DNA of 64,000 bases from an uncultured Thermoprotei archaeon (GCA_965367815.1 CBDUKN010000002.1:32001-96000), one strand, 5' to 3'. Counted from the first letter of the stretch, positions 19,869 through 29,819 are shown. Numbers and translations: made by a program. Notes: generated by a model from the letters alone, not told the origin.

Positions 19869-21326
19869 ATGTCTGAGAAAACCAAGTTACTGGGTATTTC
19901 TGTTAAGAAGAGTGAAGACTTTTCAGAGTGGTATACGCAAGTAGTGCTTAAAGCAGAGCTCTGCGATTATGCTCCAGTACACGGCTGCATTGTAATACGC
20001 GAATACGGTTACGCTATATGGGAAAAAATCCAGAAGATTCTTGACGAGAAGTTCAAGAAAATGGGTGTTAAGAACGTTTACTTCCCTTCACTGATACCTG
20101 AAAGCCTTTTAACAAAAGAGGCTGAGCACTTCAAGGGATTTAAACCTGAAGTAGCCTGGGTTACTCATGGAGGAGACAGTCCTCTGCAAGAAAAGCTCGC
20201 TATAAGACCTACATCCGAGACAATAATGTACTGTATGTTCAGCAAGTGGATTAAAAGCTGGAGAGACCTTCCTCTAAAAGTCAACCAATGGTGTAATGTA
20301 GTTAGATGGGAAATAAAGTCAACGAAGCCTTTCTTAAGGACAACAGAGTTCCTATGGCAGGAAGGCCATACAGTACACGAGACTTTCGAAGACGCAGAGA
20401 AGCAGGTCATGGAAGTACTTCAAGTGTATAAAGACCTCGTAGAGAACTATCTAGCTATACCGGTGATTGTAGGCAAGAAAAGTGAGGGAGAAAAGTTTGC
20501 TGGAGCACTCTACACGACAACTCTTGAAGCAATAATGCCTGACGGCAGAGCAGTTCAAATGGGAACAAGCCACCACTTAGGACAAAATTTCGCCAAGGCA
20601 TTTGAAATAAAGTTTACGGGAAGAGACGGTAAAATGCACTATGCCTGGCAGACTTCTTGGGGAGTTTCGACTAGACTAATAGGAGCCTTAGTAATGGTCC
20701 ACGGTGACGATAAAGGCCTAGTGCTGCCTCCGCGTATAGCGCCTATTCACGTAGTCATAATACCTATTTTCTATAACGAGGAACAGGAGAAAATCGTAAT
20801 GAAGTATATTGACGAGATAAGAAAGAAACTCGAAGAAAAAGACATCGTGGTATATGTAGATGATCGTAAGGAAAAGACTCCTGGATGGAAGTTCTATGAG
20901 TGGGAGCTGAAGGGAGTTCCTCTGCGCCTCGAAATAGGCCCTAGAGACACTCAGAACAATACAGTAGTTGTCTTCAGACGAGACCTGCTTAAGAAAGAAA
21001 CTGTGAATGTAGAAGACTTCATAAACAATGTTGAAAAAATACTCGACGATATCCAGCAAACATTATTCAATAAGGCTAAAAAGCTTTTAGAGGAGTTTAC
21101 AACATATGTAGAGACTTTCAATGAATTCAAGAAAGTTATAGAAACTAAAGGAGGCTTCATAGTAGCCCCGTGGTGCGGCACTCTTGAGTGCGAGGAAGCT
21201 ATAAAGGAAGAGACAGGAGCTACTGTAAGAGCAATACCCTTCGACCAGCCTAAAGAACTAAATAAGCCATGCGTATACTGCGGCTCTAAGGCTAAGTATA
21301 TAGCTTACTTTGCTAAGAGCTATTAG
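19869..21326 (+). CDS. proS: Prolyl-tRNA synthetase (archaeal/eukaryote type)
   Basis: RPTSET, FLRTTEFLWQEGHT, GTSHHLGQNF, C-terminal Zn site and FAKSY. ATG 19869 follows a GGAGGTGA Shine-Dalgarno sequence and is preferred over GTG 19860. Confidence 0.97.
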   Translation: MSEKTKLLGISVKKSEDFSEWYTQVVLKAELCDYAPVHGCIVIREYGYAIWEKIQKILDEKFKKMGVKNVYFPSLIPESLLTKEAEHFKGFKPEVAWVTHGGDSPLQEKLAIRPTSETIMYCMFSKWIKSWRDLPLKVNQWCNVVRWEIKSTKPFLRTTEFLWQEGHTVHETFEDAEKQVMEVLQVYKDLVENYLAIPVIVGKKSEGEKFAGALYTTTLEAIMPDGRAVQMGTSHHLGQNFAKAFEIKFTGRDGKMHYAWQTSWGVSTRLIGALVMVHGDDKGLVLPPRIAPIHVVIIPIFYNEEQEKIVMKYIDEIRKKLEEKDIVVYVDDRKEKTPGWKFYEWELKGVPLRLEIGPRDTQNNTVVVFRRDLLKKETVNVEDFINNVEKILDDIQQTLFNKAKKLLEEFTTYVETFNEFKKVIETKGGFIVAPWCGTLECEEAIKEETGATVRAIPFDQPKELNKPCVYCGSKAKYIAYFAKSY

Positions 21327-21529
21327 CCTCCTGATACAATAGGTAGTATAGTTATTTTATCTCCGTCTTTTAAAACATAGTCTTCTTTAACTGCTTCAGC
21401 ATCTTTAATCACAATAAACCTGTTTCTATTTATGTTCAGCTTCTTCAAAAGAACCTTGAGCACTGTTCCTTCGGGAAGCTCTACTTCAATTGTTTTACCC
21501 TATAGAAGCATTTTGACAAACACTTTCAC
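21323..21529 (-). pseudogene. ThiS/MoaD/SAMP-like protein with in-frame TAG at codon 10
   Basis: Manual translation: MKVFVKMLL*GKTIEVELPEGTVLKVLLKKLNINRNRFIVIKDAEAVKEDYVLKDGDKITILPIVSGG. Confidence 0.8.
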
Positions 21530-21587
21530 GTAAATAGAAATAAATAGCAATAAATATTAGGCTATTGTCTTAAAAGTAAATTCGGAA

Positions 21588-21637
21588 GTGATGATAGGGA
21601 AGAGAGCTGAGTTAATGAAGAAAGGTACCAAAGCTGA
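21588..21637 (+). ncRNA. Box C/D guide sRNA
   Basis: C GTGATGA 21588-94, guide TAGGGAAGAGAG, D' CTGA 21607-10, C' ATGAAGA 21615-21, guide AAGGTACCAAAG, D CTGA 21634-37. Confidence 0.9.
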
Positions 21638-21666
21638 TATTTCTTGAAACTAAAATACCTAGTATT

Positions 21667-22692
21667 TTGTCTTATAGAGAGGTGGATGAAGTGCAGCGCA
21701 GTAAGCTCCTTTTAGCGGCTTTAGCTTTAATAGGAGTACTGGTATTATCTCTTCTAGTATATAGAGCGTACTTGCTCAAGCAGTCTGAAAAGAAGCTTGA
21801 AGAAGAGCTCTACGAAGTACTCAACGAGCTTAAGAATATTAAGCCGCGCAAGCCTATTCAAGTTGAACTTAAAGGCAAGGCGGTATGGTGCTGGGGTACT
21901 ACTATCACAAAATATGGTCCAGAGAGAATAGTGAACACTTGTAAGAGCCTTGGCATCAAACACATTTTTGTTTTAGTAAAGGGTGTCAGCGGAACAGTTG
22001 TCAAAAACGTTATTGCTGAAATACTTCCTCTAGCCCACAAGAACGGTATTTATGTTCACGCATGGACAGTGTGTTTTGTAGATGAATCTAATCCAGGTGC
22101 TTCTCCTGACTCATACGAGTACCGTAAGTACTTGCTGAAGGTGTTAGCAGAGTTTCTTTTACTAAATGCTTCCGGCGAATATGTTGACGGAATACACTTG
22201 GACTACATTAGGTACGGCGGAATGGCTGAAAATAAGTGGAAACAAGTCTCTTCTTTTGTCTACGAAGTACGAGTACTTATAGACAAGTATGCTCCGGGAG
22301 TAGTGCTGAGTATTGCTTCTAAGGCAGAGGACTATACGAGCCCGAAGTCTCTTGCTGCGAGCGCGCTTTATTATGGCCAGAACTATACTGACTTGGCTAA
22401 GTATGTTGACTTGTTCTGCCCGATGACATATTACTTGGACTACGGCGTTTCTCCGCGTGAGGCAATGATAGGCGCTAAATGGGTTAAAGACTTAACAGGC
22501 AAACCTGTTTTTGCTGGAATACAGCTCCATCCAGTAGACTCGCTTAAGCCTACTGTAAACGAGATTAAAAATTCCCTAGATACTTGTATTGAGGAAAAAT
22601 TAGATGGAATAATTTTCTTCAAGATGCACCATCTTATGGAGCGGCTAGATGAGCTAGGACCTTTGATAGCCGAATATAGTTTCGAGCCCTAG
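21667..22692 (+). CDS. Membrane-anchored putative glycoside hydrolase (GHL10-like TIM barrel)
   Basis: N-terminal TM; VHAW, DGIHLDYIRY, GQNY and CPMTY motifs. Confidence 0.7.
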   Translation: MSYREVDEVQRSKLLLAALALIGVLVLSLLVYRAYLLKQSEKKLEEELYEVLNELKNIKPRKPIQVELKGKAVWCWGTTITKYGPERIVNTCKSLGIKHIFVLVKGVSGTVVKNVIAEILPLAHKNGIYVHAWTVCFVDESNPGASPDSYEYRKYLLKVLAEFLLLNASGEYVDGIHLDYIRYGGMAENKWKQVSSFVYEVRVLIDKYAPGVVLSIASKAEDYTSPKSLAASALYYGQNYTDLAKYVDLFCPMTYYLDYGVSPREAMIGAKWVKDLTGKPVFAGIQLHPVDSLKPTVNEIKNSLDTCIEEKLDGIIFFKMHHLMERLDELGPLIAEYSFEP

Positions 22693-23671
22693 ATACTACT
22701 CATGTCTATAGGCTCTTTCTTCTTCGACGAAAGGTATACTGCTTCTATTATTTTTTGTGTTTCAACGCCCTCGTCTTCATTTACTGAAGGAGTCTTGTCT
22801 TTTAGTATGCACTCAATGAAGTGCTTCATTTCTTTAATATACATTAGCTGAACATCTTCTTTGCGCTCTTTTTCTTCTCTTGTTCCGTCTCTTTTACTTA
22901 GTTTGATTAGTCCGTCAAGATATCCTTGTATGCTTAGAGTTCCGTTTCTGCAGACTATGCCCCAGCTTCTATATGGATGTGTTGGAGCCCAGCTTTGTAC
23001 AAGTGTGCTTACGGCGCCGTTTTCGTGATAAAGTACTACTGTAGCGTTGTCTTCTATTGTTATTTCTTCTTGGCTGCGTGTGAGCTCTGCGTAGACTTTC
23101 TTTACAGGTCCTGCTACCCACCTATAGAAATCTAGTATGTGGACACCATTTTCACATGTCATGCCTCCGCTTTTTTCCTTGTATTTTATCCAGTCGGCGT
23201 AAGTCGGTACTCTCCCTAAAGCCACATGCCATAGTTTAACGGGTTCTCCTAGCTCGCTGACTAGGTTTTTAGCATAGCTGAAGAGACCATGGTATCTTAG
23301 GCAGAGACCTAGCATTAGCTTTAAGCCTGTTTTCTTTACTGTATTTCTTACTTCAATAGCGTCTTTAAGAAAAATGGCCATCGGCTTCTCTAAGAACACA
23401 TGCTTTCCTGCCTTGAGAGCCTCTATTGCCTGCTCTTTATGTAGATAGGGAGGAGTTCCTATTATAACAGCGTCTATTTCCTTGTCTTCGAGGAGCTTGT
23501 AGAAATCTATATAGACTTTGGGTACTTTGTATTCTTCAGCAGCTTCTTTGCTCTCTCTTCAATAATATCGCATACAGCTACTACTTCTCCCTTTTCTATC
23601 AACTTGAAGCTCTTTAAGTGTGTGCCTCCAATAAAACCACATCCAACTACTCCGAACTTTACTTTACTCAC
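22689..23671 (-). pseudogene. Gfo/Idh/MocA oxidoreductase with a single frameshift
   Basis: The N-terminus MSKVKFGVVGCGFIGGTH from GTG 23671 goes out of frame near 23547-49 (GCAAAGAA, one base short), then continues ...IGTPPYLH...HVFLEKPM into ORF 22689..23399. Confidence 0.8.
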
Positions 23672-23818
23672 GGTCACGAAACTTTAGCCCTCTATTTATA
23701 CCTTATTTAGGTAAACTATGATAGCTAGATTTTATGCTAGTAATATTTAGGTAATGCCTCAGTAATAGTGTTCCTTATTCTCTGTCACCTATTTAAATCA
23801 TCTATGATAGAGTGATGT

Positions 23819-24340
23819 GTGAATCGCATAATGTTTTCATTAGTCTCCAGAGTATCAGTAATACTCACGTCTACTCTAGCGCTAATCACTGCCTACTCGG
23901 CGATCGAAGTCTTCATAACAGGAAGTACTTCAGCAATACTACTTGTTCCTGCAGTCGCCGCCGTCTTTGCTCAAGCACTGCTATTTACATGGTCGATAAT
24001 AACGCTAGTCAGTTTAATCAAAAACAGTAATGGTAAAAACTGGCTTAACTTAACTAAAGCACTGCTCATAGGCCTTTCACTAGCACTCTGTACTTGGTCT
24101 CTACCTTGTCTATATGAAAAATATGTAGCCGCATGTACTAGGAAAGTAATTTTACCTGAATTTGAGTACGACTACAGTCTACTCATAGGGGGAGCACTGC
24201 TGGGCCTCGGAGGAGTACTTATGATAGCAAAGCAGGCCGCTCAAGACCTACCTGTGATCCTTAAGTCAAGTATAAGTCTTCTATCTAAACTCAAAGAATC
24301 TTTACTAAATAGTGGAGAAATAGTTATTTCAGAAGAATAG
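23819..24340 (+). CDS. Hypothetical membrane protein
   Basis: 173 aa with about 4 hydrophobic segments. Confidence 0.55.
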   Translation: MNRIMFSLVSRVSVILTSTLALITAYSAIEVFITGSTSAILLVPAVAAVFAQALLFTWSIITLVSLIKNSNGKNWLNLTKALLIGLSLALCTWSLPCLYEKYVAACTRKVILPEFEYDYSLLIGGALLGLGGVLMIAKQAAQDLPVILKSSISLLSKLKESLLNSGEIVISEE

Positions 24341-24469
24341 TCTGCTAAGTCTTTGGTAGAACTATTTCCTTGAATAAGTGATATTCTGCTCTCTTTCTCT
24401 GAAATAAATAGAGGAGTCATGAGACTTTACCAAAAATTTTAAAGTTTTCCGCAAGCTTTTTATTGAGCG

Positions 24470-26071
24470 ATGCCCAATAAGAGAAGGTGGTTTGATGCGC
24501 CAATTTCAGTAGCTTCCTCGGAGAACGTTCTAGTGCCTAAGCGCCATTACGAAATTCTCTCATCTGTCTATAGAGGAGTCCACTCTGTAGAAAAACTCGC
24601 AGAAAAACTAGATACTTCTCCTTCGGCACTAATGAGAGACTTAGCTGAACTCGAGGCCAGAGGACTTATAAAAACTAGAAGAAAGAAAACATACGAAGTC
24701 GAGTTGACAGATGAGGGTAAAAAGTATTCTGAGCTAGGGCTTCCGGAGAAAAGACTTCTCCTTCTCCTACTGAAGCTTAAAGAGAAGGATAAGCCCTCGC
24801 TTAGCTTGAAGGAAGCTCCGCAGATAGCATCAGAAGAAGGCATTGAGCTAAACGCTAGAGAAGCAGTTATCGCACTACAACACTTAGCTAGAAGGAAACT
24901 CTGCTCAGTGAGTAAAGGTGTAGTAGAATTAATAGCAGGTGAAAAAGAAATATCCGAGTTTATAAGGCATTTAGAAGAAAAAGAAAAGAAACTAAAGGAA
25001 GTGCTAGCAGAGAAAGAGAGACTCGATGTAAGCGATTTAAGCGAATTCAAGTCCCGTAGGCTTCTAAAGATAAAGGAGCGCGCAATTATCAAGGTATATT
25101 TGACGGATCAAGCTAAGCTACTTTTAGAGAAGAACCTCATTAAGCCCGCCGAGATAGTAACTAGACTTACACCCGAACTAATTATTTCAGGGAAGTGGAA
25201 AGAAGTAATCATAAAGAAATTCGACTTAAGCGTAGACGTCCCAACGCTTCATCCTAGCCGCAAACACCCCTACATGGAGCTACTCGACGAAATAAGAGAC
25301 ATATTGATGTCTATGGGCTTTGAAGAAATGAAGGGCCCTCATGTAGAACTAGAGCTCTGGAACTTCGATGCACTATTCCAGGCACAAGACCATCCGGCGA
25401 GAGAAGTACACGACACATTCTATCTTAAGTATCCGACACAGGGCTACATCGAGGACAAAGAGCTTCTCAAGAGAATTAAAGCTGTACACGAAAACGGATG
25501 GATAACAGGCTCAAGGGGGTGGAGATACAAGTGGCGCGCCGAAAAAGCTCTAAGCCTTATACTGAGGACACAGACTACAGCCGTATCTACTAGAACACTG
25601 TATGAGAGAGGTGACGGAGAGTACAGGTGCTTTGCACTAGACAGAGTATTCCGCCCCGAAACTCTGGATCCTACACACTCTATGGAGTTCTACCAGCTAG
25701 AAGGAATAATCGTAGGGCGCTCTGTTACATTCAGGCACTTGCTAGGCTTCTTCGTAGAATTCGCTAAGAAACTCGGATTAGGTAAAGTGAAAATCAAGCC
25801 AGCATACTTCCCGTTCACAGAGCCTAGTGTAGAAGGATTCATTAAGCACCCGAAGCTAGGGTGGATAGAAGTATTCCCCGGAGGAATGTTCCGCCCTGAA
25901 GTACTTCTGCCTCTTGGCGTTAAAGAGTGCAATGTAGCGGCCTGGGGTATAGGCATTGATCGAATAGCTATGACTCTACTTGACATAGATGATATTAGAG
26001 ACCTGTTTTCCCAGGACTTAATGTTCCTTAGAAGCAAACCTGTTCCCTTAATCAAAAGTATTTTGAGGTGA
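24470..26071 (+). CDS. pheS: Phenylalanyl-tRNA synthetase alpha subunit
   Basis: WNFDALFQAQDHPAREVHDTFYL, LRTQTT, YFPFTEPS, WGIGIDR; archaeal N-terminal wHTH extension. Confidence 0.96.
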   Translation: MPNKRRWFDAPISVASSENVLVPKRHYEILSSVYRGVHSVEKLAEKLDTSPSALMRDLAELEARGLIKTRRKKTYEVELTDEGKKYSELGLPEKRLLLLLLKLKEKDKPSLSLKEAPQIASEEGIELNAREAVIALQHLARRKLCSVSKGVVELIAGEKEISEFIRHLEEKEKKLKEVLAEKERLDVSDLSEFKSRRLLKIKERAIIKVYLTDQAKLLLEKNLIKPAEIVTRLTPELIISGKWKEVIIKKFDLSVDVPTLHPSRKHPYMELLDEIRDILMSMGFEEMKGPHVELELWNFDALFQAQDHPAREVHDTFYLKYPTQGYIEDKELLKRIKAVHENGWITGSRGWRYKWRAEKALSLILRTQTTAVSTRTLYERGDGEYRCFALDRVFRPETLDPTHSMEFYQLEGIIVGRSVTFRHLLGFFVEFAKKLGLGKVKIKPAYFPFTEPSVEGFIKHPKLGWIEVFPGGMFRPEVLLPLGVKECNVAAWGIGIDRIAMTLLDIDDIRDLFSQDLMFLRSKPVPLIKSILR

Positions 26072-26075
26072 AAAT

Positions 26076-27737
26076 ATGCCAGCTGTAGATGTAGCTATAA
26101 ATGATTTAGAGAGACTGGTTGGAAGAAAACTAAGCACAGAGGAAATAGAGAAGTATCTTCCCATGCTCAAGTGCGAAATAGAGTCTATTGAAGAAAACGT
26201 AGTATACTACGAAGCTACCCACGATAGACCAGACTTATTCTCGGCTGAAGGCCTAGGAAGAGCACTTAAAGGCCTCCTCGAAATAGAAAAGGGGCTTAGA
26301 GTATTTAATATAAGCAAAGATAGAGTCGAGCTCTACAACGAGGGCCCAAAATATAGGCCCTATGTGTTAGGAGCAGTAGTGAGAAACTTGAGCCTTGACG
26401 AAGAATCTGTAAGGCAAATCATGAATCTTCAAGAAAGACTACACGTCACTTACTGTAGAAACAGGAGAAAAGTATCGATAGGCGTCTACGACTTAGATGC
26501 AATAAAGCCGCCCATATACTATAAAGCAGTAGACCCTGACTCAGTTTCATTTGTTCCGCTTGACGAAAAAGAGCTTATGACCTTAAGAGAAATTCTGAGG
26601 AAAACAGAGAAAGGTAGAGAATATGCTCACCTAATAGCTGAGTACAAGCAGTACCCGCTTCTAGTAGACTCAGAGAACAAAGTGCTCTCGATGCCTCCTA
26701 TCATAAACAGCGAAGACACTCGAGTCGCCGAGAATACTAAGAATGTGTTCATAGATGTTACTGGCACTGACTTAGAGGCAATGATGGATATCATCACTAT
26801 AGTTGCCACAAGTATAGCTGAGAGAGGAAACCCTGAGGAAATAGTTCCCGTAGTAGTCTACATGAAGGAGGAAAAGAAAGTGTCTCCTAGACTAGAGACA
26901 TACAACTTCTACCTAAACAGAGACCTCGTGACAAAAATCAGTGGTCTTTCACTAGACTCAAGTACCATCAAGGATTGCTTAGAAAAAATGAGACATAAAG
27001 TAGAAGAAGTAGAAGAAAATGTCTTCAAAGTAGACGTAGCACCCTACAGAATAGATATATTACATCCAATAGACTTAGTCGAAGACGTTCTAATGGCTTA
27101 CGACTACGAGAAAATAGAGCCAGAATTCTTACCGCCCACAGGTTCAGGCAAAGTAGCTCCAGTTGAAGTGATATCGCGTAAAGTAAAGGACATAATGATA
27201 GGTCTTGGCTTCCAAGAAGTAGCTAACTACATGATGAGCAACCCGGAGACTCTAATTAAGAAAATGAGACTCGAGGAAAAAGTAGTAGAAGTCAAGAACC
27301 CTAAGCTAGAGAAATACACTGCGCTCCGCAACTGGATTATACCTCAACTACTCGAAGTAGTGAGCGCCAACAAGAAAATAGGTTACCCTATCAAAATATT
27401 CGAGGTAGGAGACGTAGCCATACTAGATGAGTCAAGAGACGTAAAAGCCAGAATAGAGCGGCACCTAGCTGCAACAACAGCTTCACCAGAAGTCACTTTA
27501 ACGGATGCCTTAGTACTATGTAAATCATTCTTCAAAACACTTGGACTAGACTACACACTAAAAGAAACTATTCACAGAAGCTTCATTGAAGGACGCTGCG
27601 CAGAAATAATCTGTGGAGGCAGAAGAATAGGTATACTCGGAGAAATACATCCAGAAGTACTGACTGCTTTCGAAATAGAAACTCCAGTAGCAGCAATTGA
27701 GCTAAATATATCTGGCTTACTCGAACTCTTAGCCTAA
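26076..27737 (+). CDS. pheT: Phenylalanyl-tRNA synthetase beta subunit
   Basis: DRPDLFSAEG, LSMPPIINS, RIDILHPIDLVED, GEIHP; directly follows pheS. Confidence 0.96.
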   Translation: MPAVDVAINDLERLVGRKLSTEEIEKYLPMLKCEIESIEENVVYYEATHDRPDLFSAEGLGRALKGLLEIEKGLRVFNISKDRVELYNEGPKYRPYVLGAVVRNLSLDEESVRQIMNLQERLHVTYCRNRRKVSIGVYDLDAIKPPIYYKAVDPDSVSFVPLDEKELMTLREILRKTEKGREYAHLIAEYKQYPLLVDSENKVLSMPPIINSEDTRVAENTKNVFIDVTGTDLEAMMDIITIVATSIAERGNPEEIVPVVVYMKEEKKVSPRLETYNFYLNRDLVTKISGLSLDSSTIKDCLEKMRHKVEEVEENVFKVDVAPYRIDILHPIDLVEDVLMAYDYEKIEPEFLPPTGSGKVAPVEVISRKVKDIMIGLGFQEVANYMMSNPETLIKKMRLEEKVVEVKNPKLEKYTALRNWIIPQLLEVVSANKKIGYPIKIFEVGDVAILDESRDVKARIERHLAATTASPEVTLTDALVLCKSFFKTLGLDYTLKETIHRSFIEGRCAEIICGGRRIGILGEIHPEVLTAFEIETPVAAIELNISGLLELLA

Positions 27738-27755
27738 ATATTTATTCTCTACTCC

Positions 27756-28652
27756 TTGATTTATTTTGAGATGGTATCTTCCGTAATTATTAGAGAAGCA
27801 AAAAGTATAGAGGATTTTAGAGCAATAATGGATATTCAGAAGAAAGCCTGGGGCATGGCTGAAGCCGATGTCGTTCCAGCACATTTTCTGAAAGCTATAG
27901 CCGATAACGGTGGTGTAGTATACATTGCCTATGATAAAGAAAAGCCAGTAGGCTTTGTTTTAGGAATCCCTGCGCTCAAAAACGGCAAGCTTTACCATTA
28001 TTCTCACATGGTAGCTGTAATACCCGAATACAGAGGCAAAGGCATAGCCTACAGGCTAAAACTCACTCAAAGAGAAAAAGTCCTGGAGCAAGGACTCGAC
28101 TTGATAATGTGGACATATGATCCCTTACAGGGACTGAACGCTAACTTCAATTTCAGAAAACTAGGAGTAGTCTGTAGACTTTACTTCAGGAACTATTATG
28201 GTGAAATGAGAGACCAGATAAATATAGGGCTTCCCTCGGATCGGTTTAAAGTCGAGTGGTGGATTAAGTCTCTTAGAGTCTCTAAGAAACTTTCAGGAAG
28301 CTATCCTTCTCCAACGCTAAAAGATCTAGAAAGTATAGCTGAAAATGTTGTGGAGACAGAAGTGGTGAAAGGCATTAGAGTAGTTAAAAATATTACTTTA
28401 GATTCTTCAAGTGAAGTTCTTTTAGTAGAAATACCTGAGAGTATTTCTAAAGTAAGAGACGTAGACCTCAAGCTCGCATTAGACTGGAGACTTAAAACCA
28501 GAGAACTTTTTGAGCACTACTTTAGGAGAGGATACATAGCAGTAGATTTTATCACGGTTAAAGAAGGTGATCTGCGCCGAAACTTTTACATATTGTGGAG
28601 AACAAATCTGGAAAAAGTTCTAAGAGGCGAAGTACCATGGAGGTTCGAGTAA
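27756..28652 (+). CDS. GNAT acyltransferase (D-amino acid N-succinyltransferase-like)
   Basis: YSHMVAV.PEYRGKG, WTYDPL..NA.FN..KLG and PSDRF.VEW; overlaps the NSAR/OSBS gene. Confidence 0.8.
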   Translation: MIYFEMVSSVIIREAKSIEDFRAIMDIQKKAWGMAEADVVPAHFLKAIADNGGVVYIAYDKEKPVGFVLGIPALKNGKLYHYSHMVAVIPEYRGKGIAYRLKLTQREKVLEQGLDLIMWTYDPLQGLNANFNFRKLGVVCRLYFRNYYGEMRDQINIGLPSDRFKVEWWIKSLRVSKKLSGSYPSPTLKDLESIAENVVETEVVKGIRVVKNITLDSSSEVLLVEIPESISKVRDVDLKLALDWRLKTRELFEHYFRRGYIAVDFITVKEGDLRRNFYILWRTNLEKVLRGEVPWRFE

Positions 28653-29767
28653 TAGACCTGTATCATATTAAAATGAAGCTAGCACATCCATTTGAAACGA
28701 GCTTCGGAAGACAAGTCTACAGGTCGTGTATACTCGTGAGAGTTGAAGACGAGTCAGGGGAAGAGGGGTGGGCTGAGTGTGTCGCAGGCGAAGGCCCATG
28801 GTACAGTTATGAAACCGTAGAGACTGCTTGGCACATTATTAGAGACTTCATAGCTCCGCTTATACTTAAAAACGAGATACGGAGCCCCGCCAATGTCTCT
28901 AAAATGCTCTCACGTATTAGAGGACACAATATGGCCAAAGCCGCTGTAGAAATGGCTATATGGGACCTTGAAGCAAAACTACAGAAAAAGCCTTTAGCTC
29001 GACTTCTAGGAGGCACGAAAGACAGAGTAGACAGCGGAGTAAGCATAGGTATTCAAAAGAGCATAGAAAAATTGCTTAAAAGAATAGACTTCTTCCTCGA
29101 GCAAGGATACAAGAGAATAAAGCTCAAAATCAAGCCCGGGTGGGATGTAAACGTAATAAGTCGCGTGAGAAAGGAGTACCCCGATATACTGCTCCAAGTA
29201 GACGCTAACGCCGCATATACTCTACGTGACATAAACACTCTACTCGACTTAGATAAGTATGGTTTGCTCATGATAGAGCAGCCTCTAGACTACGACGACC
29301 TAGTAGACCACGCAGAACTACAGTCTAAACTCAAGACACCGATATGCCTCGATGAAAGCATAAAGAAACCTGAAGACGCCGTCAAAGCATACAAGCTTGG
29401 AAGCTGCAGAGTAATAAACATCAAGCCGGGTCGCGTCGGCGGTCACCACAACTCAATAATAATACACGACTTCTGCCTCTTCGCAGGCATAGGAACCTGG
29501 ATCGGAGGCATGCTAGAAACAGGCATCGGAAGAGGACACTTAGTCGCACTAGCCTCTCTCCCCGGAATAAACTACCCCAACGACATAAGCGCAAGCAACA
29601 GATACTACACTGAAGACATAGTCGAGCCCCCCTGGATACTAAACCACGACGGAACAATATCAGTACCAAATAAGCCCGGCATAGGAGTCGAAGTAAAGCC
29701 AGACCTAATAGAAAAACTTACTCTAAAGAAGACAAGCTTAAAGAAGCCATCCTATAGTAAAGAATAG
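28637..29767 (+). CDS. menC: o-Succinylbenzoate synthase / N-acylamino acid racemase (enolase superfamily)
   Basis: FETSFG, P.YSYETV, KLKIKPG, VDAN, EQP, LDES, DISAS, PGIG; probable start ATG 28637. Confidence 0.85.
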   Translation: MEVRVIDLYHIKMKLAHPFETSFGRQVYRSCILVRVEDESGEEGWAECVAGEGPWYSYETVETAWHIIRDFIAPLILKNEIRSPANVSKMLSRIRGHNMAKAAVEMAIWDLEAKLQKKPLARLLGGTKDRVDSGVSIGIQKSIEKLLKRIDFFLEQGYKRIKLKIKPGWDVNVISRVRKEYPDILLQVDANAAYTLRDINTLLDLDKYGLLMIEQPLDYDDLVDHAELQSKLKTPICLDESIKKPEDAVKAYKLGSCRVINIKPGRVGGHHNSIIIHDFCLFAGIGTWIGGMLETGIGRGHLVALASLPGINYPNDISASNRYYTEDIVEPPWILNHDGTISVPNKPGIGVEVKPDLIEKLTLKKTSLKKPSYSKE

Positions 29768-29770
29768 GAG

Positions 29771-29818
29771 GTGATGACATTTGTACGTGCTGACTGTGAT
29801 GAGTCTCCACCGAACTGA
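29771..29818 (+). ncRNA. Box C/D guide sRNA
   Basis: Four perfect boxes: GTGATGA 29771-77, CTGA 29790-93, GTGATGA 29796-802, CTGA 29815-18; guides CATTTGTACGTG and GTCTCCACCGAA. Confidence 0.92.
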
Positions 29819-29819
29819 T

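Noticed and set aside
24377-24425. Possible C/D unit upstream of pheS (GTGATAT...CTGA...ATGA)
   Set aside because: The C box is poor, there is no C' box and the guides are low-complexity.
24470-26071. pheS as SepRS, given the nearby SepCysS
   Set aside because: The motifs (QDHPAR..HDTF, YFPFTEPS) and the adjacent pheT identify it as PheRS alpha.
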